Shown piece after piece: positions 45,097 to 52,938 of a DNA stretch of 52,938 nucleotides. The notes beneath the pieces were generated by a model. That model saw only the letters and a list, made by a program, of their open reading frames with translations. It did no database searches and was not told where the DNA came from. The DNA is taken from contig JAZNXP010000157.1 of NCBI GenBank assembly GCA_045593965.1, forward strand, positions 1 to 52,938, in the 5' to 3' direction. A program made the translations under genes and the position numbers. Each line of letters opens with the position of its first letter. Positions within the stretch are counted from its first letter, which is position 1. This stretch comes from Eubacteriales bacterium. GTDB taxonomy: Bacteria; Bacillota; Clostridia; Oscillospirales; CAG-272.

Positions 45097-45603
45097 ATGA
45101 ACCTGTTTCACTCTGTCCCCGCAACCGAGATCGACCCGATCTTTGACCGCATCGGCAAGGATTGGATGCTCATCACCGCAGACAACGGCGAAGCCGTGAA
45201 TACCATGACTGCAAGCTGGGGCTGCTGCGGCGTGCTCTGGAACCGTCCCATCGCCGTTTGCTTTGTCCGTCCGCAACGCTTTACCTTCACCGTCCTTGAA
45301 GGAACCGATCATTTTACACTCTCCTTTTTTGATCCTTCTTTTCGCGATGCGCTCCGCTATTGCGGAAAATACAGCGGCAGAGACGGCGACAAGTTCGCAG
45401 CGTCCGGACTGACGCCCGTGCGCGAATCGACCTACGCGTATCCTGCGGAAGCTTCTCTCGTTCTGGTCTGCAAAAAGCTTTACGTTCAAGATATGAAGGA
45501 AGAATGCTTCCTCGATCGGGAGCTGCTTTCTCATTATGAGGCAAAGGATTTCCACCGTGTATTCGTCGGTGAAATTCTGGAAGCGCTTGTAAAAGCAGAA
45601 TAA
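45097..45603 (+). CDS. flavin reductase-like (FMN-binding split-barrel) protein
   Basis: 168 aa from ATG 45097 (GGAGG RBS). WMLITA...NTMTASWG...CFVRPQR pattern. Confidence 0.75.
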   Translation: MNLFHSVPATEIDPIFDRIGKDWMLITADNGEAVNTMTASWGCCGVLWNRPIAVCFVRPQRFTFTVLEGTDHFTLSFFDPSFRDALRYCGKYSGRDGDKFAASGLTPVRESTYAYPAEASLVLVCKKLYVQDMKEECFLDRELLSHYEAKDFHRVFVGEILEALVKAE

Positions 45604-45620
45604 ATTCATAAAAATACAAT

Positions 45621-45656
45621 GAACCGTCTTACGCTTGTGAGACGGTTCTTTTTTTG
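45621..45656 (+). terminator. rho-independent terminator
   Basis: GAACCGTCT / AGACGGTTC stem plus a T8 run. Confidence 0.85.
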
Positions 45657-45663
45657 CAAAAAG

Positions 45664-45699
45664 TGGCACGGGTTGGCACAAGCTGTCATCCCGTGGCAC
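45664..45699 (+). repeat. three direct TGGCAC repeats, helically phased (starts at 45664, 45674, 45694)
   Basis: aaGTGGCACgggtTGGCACaagctgtcatcccGTGGCACtttttt. Spacings are 10 and 20 bp. About 100 nt upstream of the small terminase gene. Confidence 0.6.
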
Positions 45700-45799
45700 T
45701 TTTTTCACCGTAGAATGTACTTGCACAGAGCAAAAGGACCGTCCCACGAACGAACCGTGCGGCGTGTCCGACTCCGAAAAAGGAGGTGATGTCCTTTGT

Positions 45800-46216
45800 A
45801 TGAGTGACACCGTATCCAATGAGACTTCGATCGACGCTCAACGAACGGAATTCACGGGTGATATCAGCGCTCTTCTTGCAAATCTGAACGCATATCTGAA
45901 GGACTGTCATGATCGGGACGAGGAAAAGCGGTCAAAAAAGGGAGAAAAATTTCCAAATCTCGCAGGCTTTTGCAGATATCTCGGTTGTGGGCTGACACAG
46001 CTGGAGGGCTTACGCCTTTCAGATCCCATGCTCTACGATCACATTTGCGCCATTCTTGAGGATGAAGCCCTGAACGCGGAGATCTCTCCCACCGTTCTGA
46101 ACGCTTATCTGAAAAAGCGTTTGGGATACGCCGAAAAAAGCGAGGGAGGTTCCGTCGCGGATTGCGGTCCTCTCCGTCTCATATTCGAGCATGACATCAT
46201 GGAGGACGGTTCATGA
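45800..46216 (+). CDS. phage terminase small subunit (gp3-like DNA-packaging protein)
   Basis: ...FPNLAGFCRYLGCGLTQLEGL...YDHICAILEDEALNAE... resembles the HTH-containing TerS family. ATGA overlap with TerL. Start uncertain (ATG 45800 or GTG 45764). Confidence 0.65.
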   Translation: MSDTVSNETSIDAQRTEFTGDISALLANLNAYLKDCHDRDEEKRSKKGEKFPNLAGFCRYLGCGLTQLEGLRLSDPMLYDHICAILEDEALNAEISPTVLNAYLKKRLGYAEKSEGGSVADCGPLRLIFEHDIMEDGS

Positions 46217-47550
46217 TCCCCGCTTCCCCCACGCTTCCCGAAAAGACGATCCGCATTCACGGCATACCGAATGCACGACAAAAGCTTTTCTTTTCCTCCC
46301 GCGCAAGATATACTGCCTACGGCGGTGCGCGCGGCGGTGGAAAATCCTGGGCGTTGCGCCGTAAGCTGACAGCCCTTTGCCTGCGTTACGCAGGGATCCG
46401 TTGCTTACTGATCCGCCGCACCTATTTTGAACTCAAAGCCAATCATCTGATGCCCTTGATGCAGGAGCTTGGAGACCTTCTGACCTATCGGGAAAGTGAA
46501 AAACAGCTTGTATTTCCAAACGGAAGCACCGTCACCCTCGGTTACTGCTCATCGGACAGAGACGTTCTTCGGTATCAGGGACAGGAATACGACATCATCG
46601 CCATCGACGAGGCAACGCAGTTGAGCGAATATCAATTCTCCATTTTCAAGGCCTGTCTGCGAGGCGTTGGTGCCGTTCCGAGACGAATGTACCTGACCTG
46701 TAACCCCGGTGGGATCGGACACGCATGGGTCAAACGGCTGTTTGTTGACAAAGAATACCGCCCCGATGAATGCGCCGACGATTACTGCTTCATTCCCGCC
46801 CAAGTCTATGACAACCCCGTTCTTCTGAAAGCCGATCCCGATTATGTCCGACAGCTGGAATCGCTTCCCAAAAAGCTGAAGGATGCCTGGTTATACGGCC
46901 GTTGGGATGTATTCGAGGGACAATTCTTCCCCGAATTCCGAGAGGACCTTCACGTCGTTCCTTCCTCCCAAATTCCCGTCAGCCTGCGATGCTTTATCGC
47001 ATTTGATTACGGTTTTGATATGCTTTCGGCACTTCTGATCGGCTCGGATCGAAAAGGAAATCTCTTTGTTCTGCAGGAGATCGCAAAATCCAATCTGACG
47101 CTTTATGAAGCGGCACTGGAGGTCGCGGCATTGAGCAAGGTGCGCCACGTCGAATACGCGGTCGCCTCTCCCGACCTCTGGAATCGGAGGCAGGATACGG
47201 GACGCAGCGGCTTTGAGATCATGCAAGGCGTCAGCGGAATGCCGCCGATGCGTCCTGCGGACAATCGCAGGATCGCAGGCTGGCGAGTTCTGCGGGAATA
47301 CTTGCACGAAAACGAAGGAACGCCCTCTTTGCGGATCTGTTCCTCCTGTTCTCTTCTCATCCGCTCCCTTCCCGCCCTTCTTTGCGACTCCGATCGCTTG
47401 GAGGATGCCGCCGACGAGCCTCATGAGATCACGCACGCACCCGAAGCCCTACGCTACGCCGTTATGAGCCGACATCGCGCATACAGCGACGCAAGGATAC
47501 CCGACCGTAATTTCCGTTTTCCGAGAAAGAACACCGATCCGTTGATCTGA
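46213..47550 (+). CDS. phage terminase large subunit
   Basis: Walker A GGARGGGKSWA, Walker B-like YDIIAIDEAT, and a C-terminal nuclease-domain acidic pattern. 445 aa. Confidence 0.9.
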   Translation: MIPASPTLPEKTIRIHGIPNARQKLFFSSRARYTAYGGARGGGKSWALRRKLTALCLRYAGIRCLLIRRTYFELKANHLMPLMQELGDLLTYRESEKQLVFPNGSTVTLGYCSSDRDVLRYQGQEYDIIAIDEATQLSEYQFSIFKACLRGVGAVPRRMYLTCNPGGIGHAWVKRLFVDKEYRPDECADDYCFIPAQVYDNPVLLKADPDYVRQLESLPKKLKDAWLYGRWDVFEGQFFPEFREDLHVVPSSQIPVSLRCFIAFDYGFDMLSALLIGSDRKGNLFVLQEIAKSNLTLYEAALEVAALSKVRHVEYAVASPDLWNRRQDTGRSGFEIMQGVSGMPPMRPADNRRIAGWRVLREYLHENEGTPSLRICSSCSLLIRSLPALLCDSDRLEDAADEPHEITHAPEALRYAVMSRHRAYSDARIPDRNFRFPRKNTDPLI

Positions 47551-47643
47551 CTCTATCATCCGACTGCTTTTCTGTGCAGCAGTCAAATCACTTCTGCGGG
47601 AGCCCTCTTCCGCTCTCAAAACTGAATGAAAGGAATTTAATGA

Positions 47644-49359
47644 ATGGCAAAGCTTAAGCCTAAACACGCTTCTTCAAAAGCAGTCTTTTCCGGCTTCCGC
47701 GGAATTCATTCCGAAGACGCCCCCTTGACGGGTGGAGCGGAGGACTCTTTCAATTTCCGTATCCAACCGAACGGAACCCTTGAAAAAAGATACGGTTGGA
47801 AAGTCAAACGGTCCTATAACAGCACCGTAAATGCGTACTGGGAGGGCATTCTGGACGAGACCTCTTATATGTTTACCGTCATCGGCGTATCGATCTACCG
47901 AAACACGGGTGACTCCAGCAGTAAGATCGTCGGAAGTGTTCCCTCGGGAGAAAAGGTCTCATTCTTTTCCTATAAAAATTCACTCTTTCTCTTAACGGGG
48001 AGCGACCTTCTGGTCTACCGTCCCTATTCTGATCGCTTTGTTTCCGCAGAGCCATATTCTCCGCTCTACGGATATAATTGGAACCCCGTTACGGGGGGAT
48101 TGGTCCACGAACCGCTCAATCTTCTCACCAATCGCCTTCGCGTACAGTATCTGAATACAGCGGAAAACACCGAATTTCACCTTCCGTACTTCGCAAAAGC
48201 GATCGATCGGGTGCGCGTGGATAACCAAACCGTCACCGATTATTCACTCAACGCCATGGGAGACGTTCTGACCGTTTCGAACGCGTCTGCTGCTTCCGTT
48301 GTAGAGATCGCCTATCGCATGGATTTCGAGCTCGACGTCACTCCGTCTCTTCTGCAATCCACCATCGCATACGTATCCAACGATGAGGACGGAGATACCG
48401 TTTTTCTTTCAGGCTCATCTTACGGCTACCGCACCTTCTGCTCCAGCGAGATCTCATCATCCATGATGGCGTATTGCTCGGTCTTTTATACCTCCGTGGA
48501 TCCGCTTTATTTCAAGTCCTCAAACCTGATCCTGATGGGACACACCGAGCAACCGATCCGCGCGTTTTGCAAGCATCGCGATCGCGTATTTGCCTTCAAC
48601 GAGCAAGGTGCATGGGGATTGAAAAAGGATTATTCCACCGACTCGGTCTCCTGCACTCCCGCGCTCAACGATCTCGGCTGTAACAAGGCGGGAGCGGTGG
48701 TCGGATACGAAAACCACATCCTTCTTTTAAACAAAAGCGGATTTTTCAAGCTGAACGTGGTCGCTTCAGATCCCGACCGCCTGCAGATCAAGCGCATTCC
48801 CCTTCCTGCTTCCAAGCATCTCGGTACGGAGTGGATCGAAAATGCGATCCTCTTTATCAATCCCTGGGAAAACGAGATCTGGCTCCGTGATCCGACGGAT
48901 ACTGCGGGTACGGTGCTTGTGAGAAATCCATCCCTTGAGCAATGGTATTTCTTTGACGGCATTCCCGCCTCTCGCTTCTTCTATTATAAAGGATCCGCGA
49001 TCGGATTTACAAACGGCTTCAATCTGTGCGTGTTTTCCAAGGATACCTACCGCGACGGTTATTCCTTTATCACGGCATATTACCGCAGCAATTACATCAA
49101 TTTCGGTTCTCCCGAGGAGATCAAACGCGCTTCCCGCGCAACACTTTGCGCCAATTTCAACGGAGATAGCGCATCATTGACCGTGGAAACCGAGCGCGAT
49201 CACGAGCAATTCCTCCTGGAAAGTGTGGAGCAATCCGCTCCCGAGTGCTTCGATTGCCGTCTGAGCGTTGGAAGATTTCGACATCTGCGCTTCACGATCT
49301 CCTCCGGCGGACTTTCTCCGATCTCCATTTACAGCATATCTTTTCTAACCAAAGCTTAA
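47644..49359 (+). CDS. phage protein of unknown function (571 aa) between terminase and portal
   Basis: Intact ORF with plausible RBS (GAAAGGA). No motif that I recognise. Confidence 0.65.
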   Translation: MAKLKPKHASSKAVFSGFRGIHSEDAPLTGGAEDSFNFRIQPNGTLEKRYGWKVKRSYNSTVNAYWEGILDETSYMFTVIGVSIYRNTGDSSSKIVGSVPSGEKVSFFSYKNSLFLLTGSDLLVYRPYSDRFVSAEPYSPLYGYNWNPVTGGLVHEPLNLLTNRLRVQYLNTAENTEFHLPYFAKAIDRVRVDNQTVTDYSLNAMGDVLTVSNASAASVVEIAYRMDFELDVTPSLLQSTIAYVSNDEDGDTVFLSGSSYGYRTFCSSEISSSMMAYCSVFYTSVDPLYFKSSNLILMGHTEQPIRAFCKHRDRVFAFNEQGAWGLKKDYSTDSVSCTPALNDLGCNKAGAVVGYENHILLLNKSGFFKLNVVASDPDRLQIKRIPLPASKHLGTEWIENAILFINPWENEIWLRDPTDTAGTVLVRNPSLEQWYFFDGIPASRFFYYKGSAIGFTNGFNLCVFSKDTYRDGYSFITAYYRSNYINFGSPEEIKRASRATLCANFNGDSASLTVETERDHEQFLLESVEQSAPECFDCRLSVGRFRHLRFTISSGGLSPISIYSISFLTKA

Positions 49360-49375
49360 AGCAGAAAGGAGCTTT

Positions 49376-50920
49376 ATGAACGATATTACAACAACCGCGT
49401 GGCAACAGTATGAAGCGGGCAAGGAATATAAGCGTCGGATCGGGCTTTATGAAACCGTCCGTAAAAATGAACGCTTCTACCGTGGAGACCAATGGTACCG
49501 AAACGACTCCGATCTGCCACGTCCCATATTCAATCTTGTAAGAAGAATTGCGGATCACTTGGTCGGTTCGGTTCTTCCCAACACGCTTTCCATCCATTAC
49601 AGCGATGAGCATCTTCCCTTCATTGAAGATCCCACCTGCCGTCAAGCGGTTGAAAACGGCTTGCGGCTTCTGGAGCAAAACGCCGCTTACCGCTGGAAGC
49701 AGCACCATCTCAACGCCGTCGCGCATCAAGCGCTGCTCAACGCCGCAATATCCGGTGACGGAATTTTTTACTGCTGGTGGGACAGTGAGAAGAACGACGG
49801 TCAGCCCTTCCGCGGTGACATCCGCACCGATTGCGTCGAAAACACCAACCTCTTCGTCGCAGACGTCAATCTTGCGGATATTCAGTCTCAGGACTATATC
49901 ATTCTTTCGGGACGCGCGACCGTACAGTCCCTGCGAAAGGAAGCCCTTGCCTTCGGATGCTCCGAAAAGGAGATCTCTCTCATCGTTGGCGACAGCGAGC
50001 ACGAGGCGATCGCGTCGGATCGTTCCGTGATCGATATGGAGGGGGCTGAAAAAACCACCTATCTTATTCGATTTTACCGTGAAAACGGCAAGGTCATCTA
50101 TGAAAAATCCACTGAAAAATGCCTGATCTGCCGCATAGAAACAGGCTTACACCATTATCCCGTTGCTTATTTCAATTGGAGAACCGCCAAAAACAGCTTT
50201 CACGGAAGCGCGCCGATCAGCGATATGATCGCCAACCAGGTCTATATCAACACCGCTTACGCGATGGTGATGAAGCATATGCGTGACACCGCGTTTTCCA
50301 AGATCGTTTACGATCAGTCCCGCATCCCCGAATGGTCCAACGAGGTCGGCGAAGCCATCGCGGCGATGGGTGGCGGAACGGTTTCGGATGCGGTCGCGGT
50401 CATCGGTGTTGGCAAAATGCAGGACGGATATCTGGAGCTGCTTGAGAACGTCATCGAGAACACCAAAGCGATGATGGGTGCGACCGAAGCGGCATTGGGA
50501 GACGAACGCGCGAACAATACCAGCGCGATTTTGGTCCTTCAGGAGGCTTCCCTGCTTTCTCTGACCCAGGTTTCCTCCAATTTTTGCCGCTGCATCGGTG
50601 AGCTTGCGACGATCTGGGCGGATATGCTCTGCACGTACTGCCCCACCGACCGCCTCTTGCCGATCGAGACAGATGACGGCATCCGTGCCTCTCGCATCAA
50701 TCATTCCTTGCTCAAAAAAGAGCTTCTTCGCGCCAGCGTCGAGATCGGAACGGGAACGGCATATACCCCCGCATCCACCGTAACGCTTCTGGACAAGCTT
50801 CTTGATCGAGGCGATCTGAACATCCGTGAATACCTGGAGCTTTTGCCTCCGGGATGTATCTCCAACCGTGAGCGATTGCTCCAAACAATTCAAACGAAAG
50901 GAGGACTGAATAATGAATGA
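49376..50920 (+). CDS. phage portal protein
   Basis: 514 aa. N-terminal ...NERFYRGDQW... motif and size are typical of portal proteins. Positioned before the scaffold and capsid genes. Confidence 0.75.
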   Translation: MNDITTTAWQQYEAGKEYKRRIGLYETVRKNERFYRGDQWYRNDSDLPRPIFNLVRRIADHLVGSVLPNTLSIHYSDEHLPFIEDPTCRQAVENGLRLLEQNAAYRWKQHHLNAVAHQALLNAAISGDGIFYCWWDSEKNDGQPFRGDIRTDCVENTNLFVADVNLADIQSQDYIILSGRATVQSLRKEALAFGCSEKEISLIVGDSEHEAIASDRSVIDMEGAEKTTYLIRFYRENGKVIYEKSTEKCLICRIETGLHHYPVAYFNWRTAKNSFHGSAPISDMIANQVYINTAYAMVMKHMRDTAFSKIVYDQSRIPEWSNEVGEAIAAMGGGTVSDAVAVIGVGKMQDGYLELLENVIENTKAMMGATEAALGDERANNTSAILVLQEASLLSLTQVSSNFCRCIGELATIWADMLCTYCPTDRLLPIETDDGIRASRINHSLLKKELLRASVEIGTGTAYTPASTVTLLDKLLDRGDLNIREYLELLPPGCISNRERLLQTIQTKGGLNNE

Positions 50921-51590
50921 AGAAGAAACCACTCTCCAAGCAACAATGGAACAGGATGTGTCTTCGGGCGAACCGCTTGCGACGGAAGCGGAAAGCGCAA
51001 CAGACAAAACCGCTTTGCCTGTCCATGATACTGTCACAAATCAAAAAGAAGCTTCTGTTTCTTTGGAAGAAGGGGGTCATAAAGATATTGAAGGTGCTGG
51101 CAATCTGTCTCAAGAAGCTATTGAAGATTCTTCTCTTCCTGCAGATCCCCTGCAGGATCCTGATCCTGATTCTGGAGCCTCTGCTGTGCAAGCTGCGTCA
51201 AGCGGACTTGATGAATTGCGAAATGAATTGAAGCAGCTACGTCAAGAGCTTGCCTCCAGAGACGCATTTTTCACCCGTTTGGGCGGTGAATATGAGGAAT
51301 TCCAAACGCTTTATCCCGACGTTTCTCCCAAGGATCTTTCGGATAGGATCTGGGATGACGTTCGACGCGGCATTCCCCTTGCCGCCGCCTACGCGCTTGT
51401 GGAACGTCGCCGCCTGCATGAAATCGCGCAGGCTGAAAAGAGCAACCGTGAAAACCGACTCCACTCTCCCGGGGCGATCAGTGGCTCCGAGCAGGAGTAT
51501 TTCACTCCCGCAGAGGTCCGCTCGATGTCCCGCAAGGAAGTTCGGAACAACTACCAAAAGATCTTGAATTCCATGAAACAGTGGAACTGA
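50913..51590 (+). CDS. phage scaffolding protein (acidic, coiled-coil)
   Basis: 225 aa, acidic and low-complexity N-terminal half, helical C-terminal half. Position between portal and capsid. AGGAGG RBS. Overlaps the portal stop. Confidence 0.6.
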   Translation: MNEEETTLQATMEQDVSSGEPLATEAESATDKTALPVHDTVTNQKEASVSLEEGGHKDIEGAGNLSQEAIEDSSLPADPLQDPDPDSGASAVQAASSGLDELRNELKQLRQELASRDAFFTRLGGEYEEFQTLYPDVSPKDLSDRIWDDVRRGIPLAAAYALVERRRLHEIAQAEKSNRENRLHSPGAISGSEQEYFTPAEVRSMSRKEVRNNYQKILNSMKQWN

Positions 51591-51627
51591 TCAAATCAAT
51601 TTTATTTAAGAAAGGATTTTAATTACT

Positions 51628-52464
51628 ATGGCTATTAAGAATTTTATTCCCACCATCTGGAGTGAGCATCTCATTCAGGACATCGCTCATAAGAGAGTTG
51701 CCGTCAACAATTCCAACCTCGTCTATGAAGGCGAGATCCGTGAAAAAGGCAGCAAGGTTCAGGTCTGCGGACTCTTCCCCGTCACGATCTCCGACTATGA
51801 AAAGAATACCGAGATCGCAGCTCCCGAAATGCTGGAGGATTATCACAACGATATCGTGATCGATCAGGCAAAATACTTCAATTTCATGATCGATGACGTT
51901 GATCGAGCGCAGGCAGATCCCAAGCTTCTGAATTTGGCGATCGCAAACGCCTCCACCGCTTTGGCTCGTGAGGCGGACAAATATATCTACAGTCTCTATG
52001 AGAAGGCTGACCAGACCTTTGCGCTCAGAGGACCCACTCCCGAGCAGATCGTCGATCTGATCCTGGATGCCCGTGTTTATTTCCAGAACAGCGGCATCAC
52101 CGATCTGAACGACATCATCATTGAAGTTTCCCCCACGATCGCGGCTCAGCTCGTCAAAGCAAAGCTGAAGTACGGCATCGACACCAGCGATACGTTTGAA
52201 ACGGGATGCATCGGACGCATTTGCGGCAGCAAGGTCTTTGTTTCCCCCGAAATCGTACTCACCGCGGAAGATTGCTATGAGTGCTCCAAGTGCTTCATGC
52301 GCACCAAGCGTGCCATCGGATTTGCCGAGCAGTTCTCCGAGATCGAAGCATACCGTCCCGAATCTCGCTTTGCGGATGCCGTCAAGGGACTCTACCTCTT
52401 CGGTGCAGGCGCCGTTGTTCCCACGGAGCTGATCACGCTGGATATCGGCATCGAGGTTCTCTGA
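51628..52464 (+). CDS. phage major capsid protein
   Basis: 278 aa. N-terminus MAIKNFIPTIWSEHLIQDI...NLVYEGEIREKGSKVQV matches the FIPxIWS...YEGEI...G..V pattern of a common capsid family as I recall it. The position supports the call. Confidence 0.75.
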   Translation: MAIKNFIPTIWSEHLIQDIAHKRVAVNNSNLVYEGEIREKGSKVQVCGLFPVTISDYEKNTEIAAPEMLEDYHNDIVIDQAKYFNFMIDDVDRAQADPKLLNLAIANASTALAREADKYIYSLYEKADQTFALRGPTPEQIVDLILDARVYFQNSGITDLNDIIIEVSPTIAAQLVKAKLKYGIDTSDTFETGCIGRICGSKVFVSPEIVLTAEDCYECSKCFMRTKRAIGFAEQFSEIEAYRPESRFADAVKGLYLFGAGAVVPTELITLDIGIEVL

Positions 52465-52468
52465 TATC

Positions 52469-52852
52469 ATGCTGTATCAGGATATTCTGAATTCGGCAAT
52501 TCGGATGCTCGGAGAATGCAACGGCAACACCGCGGACTATGAGGAACGGGCGACCTATCTGCTCTCTACCTTCTGCTCCGACTGTCTCTCCCTCGACATG
52601 AAATACCGTACCGTACAGGGAGAAGCAGCGACAAGACCGTCCATTCCCGTAAGCGTTACGCTTACGGATGAATTCCCGCTTTGCGAAGCGTTTGCTCCCG
52701 CCGCGACCTACTATCTTGCGTCGATGCTCATTCTGGAAGAAAACGAGGACATCAGCGAGCGGCTGTTCGAGCATTACGGTGACAGCATCTCCGCCATCCG
52801 CGCAGAGCTTTTTGCGATCCGCCACACCAAAAACCGTTATCCGCTTGAATAA
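52469..52852 (+). CDS. phage protein, possible head-completion/connector protein
   Basis: 127 aa, starting 4 nt after the capsid stop. Function inferred from position only. Confidence 0.5.
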   Translation: MLYQDILNSAIRMLGECNGNTADYEERATYLLSTFCSDCLSLDMKYRTVQGEAATRPSIPVSVTLTDEFPLCEAFAPAATYYLASMLILEENEDISERLFEHYGDSISAIRAELFAIRHTKNRYPLE

Positions 52853-52938
52853 AGCAAAAAGAGGAGCTCTCTCCTGAGAGCTCCTCAACCCCAAAAAACT
52901 CCCGAGGAGCATGAACAAGTCCGTTAAAAACGGACAAT

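Larger units (their letters stand above)
45657..52938 (+). mobile_element. prophage-like element, DNA-packaging/head module (continues beyond the right edge)
   Basis: Collinear TerS, TerL, 571-aa unknown, portal, scaffold, major capsid and a small head protein with tight or overlapping junctions. Starts right after a host terminator. No integrase, repressor or replication genes on the left side. Confidence 0.75.

Noticed and set aside
45664-45710. Sigma-54 promoter (TGGCAC-N5-TTGC) at the TGGCAC repeats
   Set aside because: None of the three TGGCAC elements is followed by TTGC at the required spacing. The nearest candidates are TGGCA offset by one base, GTCA, and TCAC. No enhancer-binding protein gene is nearby.
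52853-52938. Possible start of another phage gene at ATG 52900 (ATGAACAAGTCC...) and the hairpin 52861..52887
   Set aside because: The fragment is too short (13 codons), and the GAGGAG lies only 1 nt from the ATG. The hairpin has no U-tract on the plus strand. Not enough evidence to call either.

Overview
52.9-kb chromosomal window from a spore-forming Firmicute of Clostridia type. Supporting evidence: a ctsR-mcsA-mcsB-clpC operon, an alpha/beta SASP, rplU-prp-rpmA, and an electron-bifurcating-type [FeFe]-hydrogenase operon. All calls come from reading the sequence and ORF track by eye (motifs, RBS, overlaps); no database search was possible. I call about 49 CDS. Left to right: (1) a response regulator / intramembrane-type histidine kinase / membrane-protein operon; (2) a T-box leader controlling a sodium:solute symporter; (3) a PAP2 phosphatase; (4) a marR plus heterodimeric ABC exporter operon with tandem palindromic operators; (5) ackA; (6) alaS, interrupted by an in-frame TAG; (7) the L21-Prp-L27 operon with a leader; (8) a P-type ATPase plus cardiolipin synthase; (9) a 950-aa lipoprotein; (10) an APH/NahK-like kinase; (11) a 10-gene hydrogenase operon in which six putative sensory/regulatory genes (DRTGG x2, HATPase x2, PHP, HydS-like) sit between nuoE-like and the Fd/nuoF-like/hydA genes; (12) the ctsR operon with three perfect CtsR operators; (13) an AraC-controlled M55 peptidase / TIM-barrel / unknown 523-aa cluster; (14) a SASP and a flavin reductase; (15) the head-morphogenesis module of a prophage-like element (TerS, TerL, 571-aa unknown, portal, scaffold, capsid) that starts abruptly after a host terminator and runs off the right edge. 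No rRNA, tRNA, CRISPR array or IS/transposase was seen. Most notable: the amber codon in essential alaS combined with near-absence of TAG terminators (1 of 48), and the uncharacterised sensory module embedded in the hydrogenase operon. Many long ORFs in the track are codon-aligned antisense shadows and were rejected.
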